A stretch of DNA of 64,000 nt from Guillardia theta CCMP2712 (Eukaryota; Protista; Cryptophyta). The DNA lies in assembly GCF_000315625.1 (NCBI RefSeq), contig NW_005434621.1, positions 126,744-190,743 on the forward strand. The letters are read 5' to 3'. The translations under genes were made by a program, and so were the position numbers. A model generated the notes under the pieces. The model was not told where the DNA came from and did not search any database. It saw only the letters and a list, made by a program, of their open reading frames with translations. Positions 12,486 to 25,553 of the stretch are shown here, piece by piece. Position 1 is the stretch's first letter. Each line of letters starts with the position of its first letter.

Positions 12486-15400
12486 ATGCAGGGAGAGGAC
12501 AACATGGAGGATGGAGGTAAATCAAATGGCGGTGAGACTCAGAGCAAGAAGATGGGGGGGTGGAGAGATAGAATGCGCAGGGTGTCCGCATTGCCTGAAC
12601 AGCCTCAGACCATGGCCAACGACTTGCTGGGAAAACGGCGCAGAGCGTCATGGTCAGCGCCTGTGGTCGAAGAACGGAACGGAGAACCAAAACGGTTTGA
12701 TCTCGTTTCCTACACGAGCCGAATGGCTAAAAATACTCTGAGCGCTACTGGAAAACGACGTAGCTTTGCAAGGCTCGAAAGCTCGCCTTCAACCTTGTCT
12801 TCAGGGATACTGCACGCCAGGAGAGGAGCTCATTTGAAATCATGCCTGAAGAGCGACGTGAAGGGGAGGAGCAGTCAGAAGAGCGTGGTCAAGCGCCAGA
12901 GGATCAGGTTTGTGCTGCCACAGGAGAAGACCGCCTTGTTCAAGGTTGACCTCCTTGAACCCGACAATGTCTACTTGAGCAGCTGGCTTTACTTCTTCGT
13001 TGTCCCCTAGCCTACGAGTTGTGGGCTGGTGGGTTCAGACTCGCTCTGGGGGAGCCCAGTAGGAGCGGGTGGCTGTTTGCCTTGGATCTGACTTGTGACG
13101 TGCTGTTCTTGATCGATGGTCTCATCTACATGAACACGGCTCAAGTGCTGCACATGCAAGGAGCTCACGAGAAATTGAACGCCCAGGCTGTCGTCCTCAG
13201 AGATCGCAGGGCGATCATCAACAAGTATGTGTTCCAAAAGCTTCCCCTTGAGCTCTTGCCCAGCCTCTTCTTCTTGCCTTACTCAGATCCTTCTACGCCA
13301 CTCTATGCCTGGTGGATTCTCATGATGCTGAGGTTCCTTCCGAGGTCTTACAGGCTCTATCGCTTCTTCCGATCCATGGAGATGAACTTATCAGTGTCGA
13401 TCAGCAAGCTGCAGCTCATCAAGTTCGCTCTAGTGATCATCATGTCCAGCCATTGGATTGGTTGTCTTTATTTCTGGGTTGCAAGGATCCAAAATGACAA
13501 TGATACCACATGGATCTCACAGATCAACACTTTCTTCCCGCTCTACTCCAACGAGACTACCATACCACAGAAATACCTTCTGTGCCTGTACAAGGGCTTT
13601 GACGGTCTGTCGTCTATTGGATATGTTCCTGTCGTTCCAAACAATGCTCTTGAAATGATCCTGAGCATTCTGGTCATGTACAATTCAATCTTCATCTCTG
13701 CCTACATTCTGGGTAGCCTCTTCCACTACCTGCTTGTCTCGCAGAAGGACCCCCTCACTGAAGCCCATAGGAAGAGGATGGCAGAAGTTATCACCTTCGC
13801 AGAAGCTCGTCGCCTTCCAGCCGGCGTCCGGAAGAAGCTCATTCAGCACTTCGAGTTCCAGTACAAAAAGAGCGTTCAAAGGAAAGCCTCGGCCTCGTTG
13901 AAGCTGCCCCGGTCGCTTGAGGTGAAGGTGGCGAACTCAAGGTTCAGGCCAACCATCGACAAGTGCTGCAAGCCCAGAGGTGTCTTCTACAGGTGTAACC
14001 CGCAGTTCCTCAACAACCTGGTGACCCTCCTGAGGCCCGTCTTCCTTATGCCGGGGGACCAGTTCATCCGAGCGTCGGAGATGGTGCTGGAGCTCTCGTT
14101 TGTCATCGACGGCAGCGTGGAAGTGGTAGACGACGATGTCGTGAGGAAGGTGATTCGCTCCGATGTGGAGGACCCTTCCATCATCGGAGAGATTTCCTTC
14201 TTCCTTGGCGTCGTGCAGCAGTACTCCGTCAGGTCACCTCTGGATGCCGATATCGAGCTGCTCGTCCTGAGCAGGGAGGCGGCGCAAGAGCTGTTTGCCA
14301 ACTATCCAGAGCAGATGGAAATCATCACCAAGAACATCCTCTCAAATTTCAACCTGGATGTCTACGGCAATGACATCGTAGACAGCGAGAGGACGGTGGT
14401 GGAGGAGAACGAAGACCCCGACGCGATCGCGCTCAGGAAGCTGATTCAGGACACGGTGAAGAGGAGACAGGAGGAAGCTTTCCTCTCCCTGTCGTACGCT
14501 GCCACTGCGGGAGACATCGAGGAGGTGAAGAGGGTACTCAGGAAGGGCGTGGGGATCAACTCCTGCAACTACGACGGGAAGACCGTGCTGCACATGGCGG
14601 CGTCGGAGGGGAACTTTCGAGTTGTGGAACTGCTGCTTGAGGAAGGGGCTTTGAAGAACCAGAAGGACAGGTGGGGCAACACTCCGCTGCAGGACGCGAT
14701 CAACTCGAACCAGGGCCCCGTAGTCCAGCTGCTGGTCCAGTGGAGCTGCGAGCTGGACCCTGAGACTTCGACGGCGAAGCTGGCCATGGCCGCGCACCAG
14801 GGGGAGCTGGAGGCGCTGAAGTTGATCATACAGCACGGAATAACGCCCAACACCACCGACAGCGACTTGAGGACCCCCCTCCATCTCGCAGCCTCCCAGG
14901 GGAACGACAAGGTGGTGGAGTACCTGATCAGCATGCAGGCAGATGTAAACGCCAAGGACAGGTGAGGCAGGTTCTTTGCTAGCCCCGCCAGGGTGACGCT
15001 GAAGCAGGTGGGGGAGGACGCCGCTGCAGGACGCGGTGGAGAACGGGCATGTGCACGTTGCAGAGCAGATCCACTACAAGGGAGGCTTGCTGCCGCAGAG
15101 CGCAGGGCCGGAGCAGATCTGCAAGGCAGCGTCGAGCGGGGACGTCCCTCACTTGCGGCTGCTGCATCTGTGTGGAGTGGACCCAGGTGAAGTGGAGGAA
15201 GGTTGGGGAAAGAGGAAAGGAGGAGGAGGAGGAGGAGGAGGAGGAGGAGGAGGAGGAGGAGGAGGAGGAGGAGGAGGCGGAAGCTTGTCCTCTGACAGCC
15301 TCTTGCTCGCAGACAAGCCCAACTACGATGGGAGGCGGCCGTTGCACTTTGCGGCATCGAAAGGAAAGATTCTCGCGGTCTCGCACCTGCTGGGGGTGTC

Positions 15401-18400
15401 GGCAGATCCCAACGTGAAAGATCGGTGGGGCCACACGCCGATAGACGAGGGGCTGCTGGGAGGGACCTTGCGTCATCTCAAGTGCGCGAAGTTGATGGAG
15501 GCGCTGGGAGGGAAGATCGGAGTGTACGGGAGGAACGAGCACGAGAGGGAGGTGTTGGAGAGATTCAACAACCTTGAGATGTCAGATGTGCGATCTCTTA
15601 TCAAGACGTTGATAGAGAAGGGGTTTGACAACATGCGGATCACCAGGACTTCTGACCAAGAGTACTACACGGCTCACGAGACGTGTGTTGGGCTCATCCC
15701 GTGCGCGATCGAGATCCAGAGCTTGTTCCATGAGGTGGAGGAAAAGCTTTCGGAGCAGATCGAGCCGCACCAGCAGCTCTACGACAGGCTGAAGGAGATC
15801 ACGATGACTTGCGGGCGCGTGATCGACAAAGTGAACAACAGCAGGCTCGGGCCCATCGATGTTGGGATCACGGCTGTGATCGAGATGAAGCAGGATGGGG
15901 TGGAGGCGACCTCTCGCTCGTTCTTCCAGAAGCTCGAGCTTGGGATGGACATCACAGAGTTCATGAACGCCGTCGTGGATAACGACTCCCTTGCGCTGTT
16001 CGAGGAGCTGGACCAGATCATCGCCTCCATGGAGAAGAAGGGAAGGGACAGCAGGCAGGGGAAGCTGATGCTTGCCAAGGAGTTCAACAAGGCCCTCATG
16101 AACCTGAACAAGGTGGAAGACATGTGGTGTGAGCTATGCAACGCCTTCCATGCGGTGGCGGAACAGCAGAACCAGGTGCTGCTGGGATCAGGGTACTCCA
16201 GAGGAGCGTTCTTGACATACGAGACCTTTCCGCTGTTCCTCGAGCACATCCAGCTTGAGCTGAACCACCTCGAGATGCGAGAGCTCTTCTTCAGCGCCGT
16301 CTCTCCCACCCGGCATGACTGGGAGGTCAAGACCGTGACGCCCGAGTCGCTCCTTTGCAGAAGCAACGTGTTCCGGTCTGCCGTGTGCAAGGACTGCGAC
16401 GAGGAGTCGTCGAAGCTGTCGACCCTCGTCAAGTCCCAGGTCCTCAGAGTCCTCTGCTTCTCCCACCTCAAGTTCCTGGCGTGGAGGAGCAGGACAGTCC
16501 GGCTGACGCAGGGCCAGAAGTTTAAGAGTGAAGAGCCCTCGATGTTCATCGTCAAGTCCGGGAGGGTGCGGACGATGTTCCACAATGACGGCAAGGACAT
16601 CTGTCTCAGGCTCGAATACGGGGCCAACACCATGTTCGGAGAGGTCTGGCTGCTGACGGGCTTCGCTCCCATCCTCCTCATCCGCGCGACTCAGAAGTCA
16701 GAGCTGATTCAGATCAGGAAGTCGGACATGGCAGTGATAGTACAGGTGAGACGGTCTCCTGACCTTCCGCTCTCCTCCCCTCCTCCTCACTGACTCACCT
16801 GCTGAACAGGCAAGGTCGCAGATCGTGGTGGCCCTGTCGCAGGCCCTGTCGGAGGAGTCGGAGTTTGACAAGTACGAGAAGGAGATCCTGCAGGACTCCA
16901 TGCAGCTGGAAGATTTCTCGTCGACGCACGGCTCCTCCAAGTCCTCGGACCCTCCTCAAGACGGGAACGTGGGCAAGAAGGAGGAGGAGGGGGAGGAGGA
17001 GCGGAAGCAGCTGAGCCAGCGGGCCGGGTTGCCCAAGTCCAACATAGTCACTTTCAAGATCCGAGCGCTAATGGACAGAATTCACGATCACCTTCAAATT
17101 CACTTCCTCGGTCCCTTGCAGTCGATCTCGTTGGCGCTGGCGCTGTGGAGGGGGCTGGCCAAGTCCAACAAGAAGCGATTCGCTGTCGTCGGGAGCTCAA
17201 CGAGGGGGGAGCCTCGCAGGATTATTGACTGCGGCATCCGAATCATCGACAGCGCCTGGGACGTGTTTGCAGCTGGTTTGAACGTGGTCTACTACAAAGA
17301 GGTCGCTTCCGTCAGACAGTTCCTAGGAGAGGTAGAGCCCATCTACCTTGACGTACATCCCAGCTGCTCTCGACGTTTCCTACTTGCACTTCATCTAAGA
17401 TGTTTCTCCTCCTCCTCCTCCTCCTCCTCCCCTCCCTCCTAATCATGTCATCACCACCACTATCATCCTACCACCTGTACATGACGGTCTGCCTCCAGGT
17501 CGGTCAAAACTTCTTCACCACAGCTTTCGATCCGAGAAAGTGCCCCACGGAGATGAACATTGCAGAGTGGTACACGCGGTGGATCAAGTACATCGACGAT
17601 GGAGATCCGGAGCAGAACAGAAGCTTTTTCTCCAACTCCTTCTCGCTGTGGAAGGAGAGCTCGTACTCTCAGGAGGTGGTGGAGGTGGGCTACAAGGAAG
17701 CTGATACGCAGGAGAAGCAGGAGAAGCAGGTGGTGGCCATGGAAGTTATGGATCATGTGCTGAAGATCAAAGACTTGCTCATCAACAAGTCCATTGCTAC
17801 CCTCCTCTTCCATGATGACCTCCTGCCTGCTTATGAGCCTACTTTCTGTGCCACTGTCGGCAACACGTCCAAGGCCATGGCCCGCTCGCAGGTAAACCCC
17901 ACCTCCCCCCATAAGACCTCTCGTTCCCCCTGACTCCTGATCCTGATCCTGATCCTGATCCTGATCCTGATCCTGATCCTGATCCTGATCCTGATCCTGA
18001 TCCTGATACTGTTCTTTACGCAGATGCTTCCGTTCCTCTCCCTTCTCTTGACCGATTTCAACGGTGAAATATGCGAATTTCATGTCAACGAATTCCTGAA
18101 GGTCTGTTTACCTCTCCTACCTCTCCCTCACTCCTTGACTCCTTCCCCATCCCTCTCCTCCCTTTCTTCTCTTGTAAATTTCAAGCAGATTTTCTCTATC
18201 GATGGTCAGAAGGCAACGACAATAACGTGGCCGGAGATCGACAGGGTTCTGAAGGACAAGCATATCAATCAGCTGCGCTATGAGAAAGCTTTCATCGGCG
18301 AGAAGGGAACAGTTTTCAACCCTCTCTCGACGCCCCTCCTCTGTTGGAGGACTGTCCAGCAGGCCTGCGCAGTCCTCTATTTCATCTTTACCCCCATTCA

Positions 18401-21400
18401 GATAGCTTACCTCCCCTTCACCACCATGACGAACCCTGTGCTGGTTGCGTTCAACGTCACCTTGGACTCACTTGTCTTCATCAACCTCTTCATCTCCATG
18501 AACATTGCCTACATGAACAAACAGTGAGTCGAATTTCCATCGCCTCTCTCCCTCCTCTTCCTTCCAAGCTCCTCTGTTAATTCCGTTTCACATGCTCCCT
18601 GATCTTGCCTTGCCCTTTCTTCTCCACCCTTTTCTATCACTCCCCTCCTCTCCCTCTCCCGCCCTCTCCGCCTCCACCTCGCATCCTTAAGATTCCCGCA
18701 GGTCGCGCTGGGTTACTGAGAGGAGGAAGATAACGAAGCATTTCCTAGCGCACGACTTCTGGCTTGACGCCTTCGTCGCCACTCCCTTCGACTGGTTCGG
18801 GTTCCTCAGCGGCGGTTCCCTCCAGCTCTGCAGCTGGTTCCGCCTGCCCAAGGTCCTCTACATCATCAGCATGGCACGGGACTCGAAGCCCGGCTACTTC
18901 AACCTCAACACCTCCAACCAGAACGTGCGGCTCGCCATCCTTATCGGGGGCGTCCTCCATATCATCAGCTGCTTCTGGTTCCTCATGGGGAGGAGGGGGA
19001 TCGGAGAGAGCCCGTCCTTGCCCACCTGGTGAGCTCGAGCTCGTCTGATGTGTTCAGCTAAGCTGCCTGCAGGTACGAGCCTCCTCTAGAGTCATCGAGG
19101 CGAGGAGGAGGAGGAGGAGGGTCGGCGACGGGAGGAGGCAGCCAGTACACCAGCTACGGGGGCATCTACTCAAACCAGTCCGGGGCCTGGGACCAGTACC
19201 TGCTGTCCTTCTACTGGATCTCCAACACAGTCTCGGGGAACGGAGTCATAGGTGATATGGACCCGCAAAACTACGGGGAGCTGGGCTACACCATCTTCCT
19301 GCTCAGCATCCAACTCACGCTGTTCAACTACGTCATCGGAGAGATCTCCACGGGAGTGCTCAAGGGAGACGAGAAGCTACTCAAGGCGAGGGAGGAGATC
19401 GGAGCTGTCGAGAGCTACCTGGCTGGCTTCGAGCTGCCCAACGAGCTCAAGCTCGAGATCCGCCGCTACTTCCACGGGACCTCCGGGTCGACCAACTTCA
19501 TCAGCGCATCCGAGATCTTCGACTCCGTCTCGCACTCCCTCCGCATGGAGATCTCGTCCAACATGACCAAGGAGCGGCTGGACAACGTGTCGCTCTTCCT
19601 GGGCTGCAGCCCTCAGCTGAAGGCAAACATCCAGGGCCTCGTGCGGGAGATGCACTTCGGCTCCGACGAGTTCCTGTACCAGTCCAACACAGTGGCGCAC
19701 GAAATGTACTTCATAGTGTCCGGCTCCGTAGACCAGCTGATGCAGGACTCCGAGGGGAACTACATCCACGACCAGACGGTCCCTGCTGGGGGGTCAGTTG
19801 GGGACCTGAGCTTCTTCTTCGGGGTCAGACACATCAACAGCGCGAGGGCGAGCAGGTCGGGAGCGATCTGCCTGCAGCTGGTGCGGTCGCAGATCATGCC
19901 GATCCTCAAGGCGTACCCCGACGACGAGGAGATGGTGGCGCAGAATGCTTTGCGGCAGTTCCAGCTCACCAAGTATGCTCGGAGCGCTGCTGGGACGAGC
20001 AGGTACGGGAAGAGCATTGCGAGCTTCGGCACGCTGCGGTCGGCGCAGGAGATCATCGAGCAGAGGGAGGAGGCGCTGAAAGGAGACGAGGACGAGATCA
20101 GCCTGCCCACGGCGTACCAGCAGTCGGTGCAGGAGGAGGCGAACTTTGATGCGGTCATCCTGTCCAACATCGAGCAGAAGGTAGCGTTCCTGAACCAGCG
20201 GAGGAAGGCTGAACATATCGCCGCCTTCTGCGCAGCTGCAGGGCGGGGGGAGACGGACAAGATGGAGAGGTTCCTCAAGATTGGACTGCACGTCGACGAG
20301 ACAGACTCTAACGGGAGGACGGCGCTCCATGTGGCTGCTTGCGAGGGCCAGGTGGAGGCGACCAAGTTTCTCCTGCAGCACAGAGCCAGCGTCTCGATCA
20401 AGGACAAGTACAAGAACACTGCTCTGCACGATGCTGTGCGGCACGGGCACGACCAGCTCGCCGCGCTGCTGCGAGCGCAGAATCAGACGCTGTCCCTCCC
20501 CAGCCCGGAGGCAGGAGTTTTCCTCTGCAAGTTCGCATTCAGGAACGAGGAGCAGCAGATCCAACGCTTCCTCGCCAACGGCGTGGAAGTCAACGAGCCC
20601 AACTACGACGGTAGAACAGCGCTGCACATCGCGGCGTGCGAGGGGCACCTGGGGCTGGTCAAGTTCCTGCTGGGCAGGGCGGCGGATGTGAACTGCAAGG
20701 ACAGGAAGGGACGTTCCCCTCTCACCGACGCCCTCCGGCATGGCAGGGTGGAGGTGCAAGACATGCTACGAGACGCAGGTGGGCAGCTGCTGGGGATCGA
20801 CGTGGCGTCGGAGCTCTGCATGGCGGCAGCGGCGGGGGACGTGAAGGCGATGGACGGGCTGATCAGGAACAGAGCGAGTCCGGACTCGTGCGACGAGCTG
20901 AACAGGACGGCTCTGCACCTTGCCTCTTCCAACGGAGAGATCACCGTCCTCGATTTCCTCCTCCGTCGCATCAGCGTCAAGATCAACATCAACCCCGTCG
21001 ACATGCACGGAGGGTCCCCGCTGGAGGACGCGTACCGGGAGGAGCAGAAAGTCGCCATCGCCATCTTGCAGGCGCACAAGGCGATGAGGAGCAACGACCC
21101 GGAGCTGCTCGAGATGCAGGACATGCAGAGGAAAGCGACGCTGTCGCGGCAGCGTCAGCGGCGGAGGCCCCAGGTGGAGGAGACCATCGAGGGGAGTGAG
21201 GAGACGAAGGCACTGGTGTGGGTGAGGGGGAGGATGGGGAAGCTTGTCCCGAACCAGCTGAGCATGGTGATGGCCATCAAGGAACAGCTCGACGCCGACC
21301 TCGACCAGCTCTCCGCCATTCTCAGCAGGATGGAGGAGAGGGCTGCGGAACTGGCAGTCAAGTCCGGGGGGAAGAAGAATGGAGGAGGAGGAGGAGCGTC

Positions 21401-21913
21401 GGAGGAGGTGGAGGAGATGAACAAGGAGATCATCTCCGCTGCCCAGTGCTTCCTTACAACTGTCTCAACGTGGACAGAAATCCTGTCTCAGATCGTGAAG
21501 TCGACTGGGGAGGAGCTGCCGCAGTTGGGCATCCTCCTGCTTTCTTCGCACAAGTACAGGGTCACGGCAGAGGAGCTCGGGGGGATTTTCAACAAGCTCG
21601 TCGACACCTCCAACTTCATGGAGCAATCCCTCCATCGCCTCCTCCAGGTGTGTACAAACCCTCCTCCTGTTCCCCCCTCTCTCCTCCTCCTTGCTTCCTC
21701 CTCTCTGCTTCCTCCTTCCCCTCTCTCATCATCTACTGCTCTCCCACCCCTCCTCCTCATCATGACGCGGCGGGGCAGGTGATGGAGCTCGAGCTTCCAG
21801 AGGAGTTGGGCGAGCAGGAGGCAGCGAAGAGGAATAAGATCGAGAGGAAGATGATCGAATCTTTGGGGTTCGCGACCAAGAGCATGTTGCAGAACGTCTT
21901 TCGCTCCTTATGA
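12486..21913 (+). CDS. Giant tandem two-module 6TM cation channel: [S1-S6, CNBD, ankyrins]-linker with extra CNBD-[S1-S6, CNBD, ankyrins]; plant Shaker (AKT/SKOR)-like modules
   Basis: Module 1: S4 LRFLPRSYRLYRFFR, S5 SHWIGCLYF, pore LYKGFDGLSSIGYVPVVP, CNBD IGEISFF, ankyrins NYDGKTVLHMAA / DRWGNTPLQDA. Module 2: FWLDAFVATPFD, LHIISCFWF, pore FYWISNTVSGNGVIGDMDP, CNBD VGDLSFF, ankyrins NGRTALHVAA / NYDGRTALHIAA. Frame-preserving GT-AG introns checked at 14962..15007, 15187..15312 and 16746..16809; later introns are approximate. One frameshift at 13004-13010. Confidence 0.88.
17934..18006. repeat. Intronic (TCCTGA)n hexamer microsatellite
   Basis: Read directly; lies in a channel-gene intron. 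Confidence 0.9.
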
Positions 21914-22135
21914 TTCTCCTCCTTCTCAGACTCCCTCCTCCATCCTCTTCAAGAAGTCGTCCTCCCTTGGCCCATCGTCAGAGCAGCGCCATGGGCAGGT
22001 GGAGGAGGCGCAAGAAGGAGAGCAAAGCGAAGGATGGAAGATCAGGAGCAGCAACGGGTGCTGGAGCAGAGCCAAGAACAGGAGCGGGAGCAGGAGCAGG
22101 AGCAGGGGCGGGAGGAGGAGGAGGAAGAGGAGGAT

Positions 22136-24737
22136 TCACCTGATTGCCATCAAGGCCTCGAGCGCTACCCACCTGCTCGTGACGCAGATGAAGTCATGAC
22201 GCAAGGAGAACAGGGAGGGCAAAGACGCGCACCCGGTCTGAGCAGTGACGAGGAGGTACTCGTTGGTGGGATCCTGCGAGGACGGGACGGAGTGAGAGGA
22301 AAGAAGGGGTAGGAGGTACAACGGATCGAGGAGAAGGAGCAGGAGCAAGGGAGCAGAAGCAGGACCTTGGAGAAAGAATAAGCGCCTAGCGTGAGGGACT
22401 GGACGAGACGAGAGCAGATGAGGCAGTGAAGAATTTCCTTCTCGTCCTGCAGGGAGTGAGTGAGTCATCGTGAATGCAAGGAAAGTGTTCATACCTGTGT
22501 AAGGGAGACTTCCTTGTTGTATCCTACAATGTCAATGTCATGTTGAAGAAGTAAAGGTGAGAGATGTTGGAGTGCAGTGTAGCAACCGCGATCACAGCAC
22601 GTCATGCATGACAACAAAACAAAACACTTGTCTTGATCATCGCAACACACAACAAATGCATTACATCAAACATGATAAACAACAGCAGAGGTGCATGTAA
22701 GGAGTGAGACGCCGACCCGCGTAAATATGAGTGGCGGTAGTCAAGATGTCTTTCTTTCCCAACATCAAGTAGGCCATGCAGATTGCCAGCTGCCCGCATC
22801 GTCACCAGGAGCATGTCAACGTCATGAGAGTCACCTCGAAGATCAGACATGTGTATGTACAGTCGCCAAAGTCAATGATGCCCTGCACTCTCCTGCGGTC
22901 CTGCCATGGTCTTCTTTATCCTCCCGTCCCTCCTGCCGCCATGTGCGGACCTGGTCGATGAGGATGTTCTGCTCGTTGGCGTCGTTCTGGATCACTGCCT
23001 GCAGCAAGAGTGAGAGTGTCGACCAGGTGGGAGGAAGGAAGAGGAAGAGGAAGAGGAAGAGGAAGAGCAAGAGCAAGAGCAAGAGCAAGAGGAGGAAGGG
23101 GAAGGGAAGGGGATCAGCCAGGAGGAGAAGAAAGATGCAAGAGGGTCAGCATCATCGACGCCAGGAGGAGCAGAGGAGACAGAACAGCACGGCACTGGCT
23201 CCATCACCTTCCTCAGGCTCTCCATCTTGGGCGAGACCTTCTCCTCAAACCTCCGTATCACCTGCGAATGAGTCGCCATGAGGAGGAGGGGGGGATGGAG
23301 CTCAGGTCTCTACCTCCCTCTGCAGCGCTCTCCTGCCCTCGTCCTTGATGAACTCACTGCTGTCCGTCAGCACAGAAGCTGCCGGGGGGGCTGGCAGGGA
23401 GGCACCTGAAGCTGGACAAGCTGGGAACGTTCTTTAGGTCCCATAGGAGATCACGCTCCTTCAACGCGCTGGCAGCTCCTTCAGCAACGAGGGCAGAAGA
23501 ACGCAGCAGCTCACGAAGGGACTTTGGGCATCGCAAGCAGGACTTGATCCATCTTGCCCACAAACCTGGACGCCTCCTGCTCAGCGGCTGCTCGTAGTCG
23601 AGGACGGGGCAGCGATACGCCAGCCACCCTGCTTCCAAGTACCTTCCTATGTCCTGAAGCAAGGCAGGCGACTCCTCCTCCCGCTGGCCGATGATGCTCT
23701 GCTGAACTTCACCGCCTGAGGGGCGAGGGGATGGAACACTCACCCCGGGAATGTACTGGAGCAGACGAACCGCGTGCTGACGTGAGTCTGCAAGAGAGGG
23801 AGAAGGAGAGTGAGCCGAGGAAAGAAGAGGAGGAGGGAGGGAGGGAGGGAGGGAGGGAGGGAAGAAGAGGAGGGAGGGAGGGAGGGAGGGAGGGAGGGAA
23901 GGGAGACGAGCGATCAAGAGAGCATCGGGGTAGCAGCAGTATACAACAACGAGAGTCAAAAACACGCAAAGTGCCAACCGCTTCCCGAGATGCAGGGGAG
24001 GATGATACATCCGACACAGGACGTGTTGTCCGCGGTCTTGATCGGAAGCGGCACATCGACAGCATGCAGACTGTGAAGCATGTCAAGACAGGAGGCTGGA
24101 GATCAAACTGTTTCACCTGAGGTACGATAGCACGTCGTTTTGTGCGACGACGAGAGGAAGATTGTCTGACTCGACTCCGTTGTGGATCTGGACCATGGTG
24201 AGGGAGCAACTTTAGGAGGAGAGAACAACAAGCGCACGTCTGGCGGTCTACAACAAGGGAAGCACATCAAAGAGTTTTGGTGTCACAACATCACAACGAA
24301 CAAGAATCGTGACAGTTATCAAGAATCACGACAGCGAACAAGCTTCACGAAAGCGAACAAGTCTCAAACAGACATCATAACACCTCATACGATCACATCA
24401 CACCGCAGCATGTCATCTGCCTTTACCTTCATCACCACGTCCACGTACTGGTCAGGCTCGTTGGCGAAACAAATCTTTGAAAGAAAGAAGTTGCGGTCGT
24501 CGTACGAGTCGAACTCGTCAACCTGCTGGACTCTCAGCTGGGAGTTGCCTGGGCACCAGAGCACATCACATGCGTCTGGTCAGTCCTGACAACTCCGAAG
24601 ACCTCCCTTGCATGCCTGAGGACCTGCGGGGGCGACCTTGTTATGGGTTGCGACCGGGTCAACGAATGCCAGCTTACATCGTCCACAGATATCTTCGCTG
24701 GTTTCTGCTCTTTCCTCCGGACTTCCTGTGATTTCAT
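22136..24737 (-). CDS. Hydroxylysine kinase / aminoglycoside-phosphotransferase-fold kinase (multi-exon; 3' end approximate)
   Basis: Exon pieces in order: FDSYDDRNFF...VVMK, IHNGVES, HAVRLLQYIPG, LLWDLKNVP, VIQNDANEQNILI (Brenner motif with catalytic Asp and Asn), GIIDFGD, LAICMAYLM, DPTNEYLLVTAQTG. Confidence 0.8.
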
Positions 24738-24887
24738 CCTTCACTTTTTTGATGCAACGCAAGAAGCCAACGCCCGCTGTGTCCTTCCTCTTTTCTGCCG
24801 CGTCCTCTCCTCCTCATCCTCTCCATCCTCTGCTCGATCCCTATTCTGATCCTTACATTCTTCACTTGTTCTTGACTTCTTGTACGA

Positions 24888-24888
<1 letters not shown>

Positions 24889-24945
<57 letters not shown>

Positions 24946-25030
24946 TCCTTCATCTCCTTCATCATCATCATTATCTTCATCTCCTTCATCTCCTTCATCT
25001 TTATCCTCGTCCTCCTCGTCCTCCTCCTCA
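24889..25030. repeat. (TCA)n / TCC microsatellite
   Basis: Read directly from the sequence. Confidence 0.9.
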
Positions 25031-25553
25031 CCTCCGAAGCGCTCCCCGACATGTCGCAATCCCTCCACCTTTTATTATCACCCTACCCCCATGAATGACC
25101 TCTACCCCTGGTCTCATGACCCTACCCCCCAAAAATACCAATGGGATGATTTTTATGGAGTATATGTTTGGTGCAGAGCACAAATATGATTCTACTAAAG
25201 GATAATTCACTATCGTCCTGATATCATGTTGAAGAGGGTCCACTCTTCCGTGAATACCCCCTGCAGCATCACCACCACCCACTCTCCAGGGGAATTCTTC
25301 TACCCCTACCTCCAAATATGTCTCCGGCAAAGTGGTTCATGTGCCTTATGACAGGAGGAGGAGGAGGAGGAGGAGGAGGAGGAGGAGTATTTCTCAAGTG
25401 CGTACAAATCAACCCCTTCTTTCTCGTTCCTTCGCTGGCTGGGCAGCCCCGAAACCTCCCACCCGCCTTCTTTTCCCTCACTTGCCTCAACTCTCCTCCC
25501 TTTCATCATCTCCCTCAGTGCTCCGCCCATCACAGGTTTGTCGTTCATTATCA

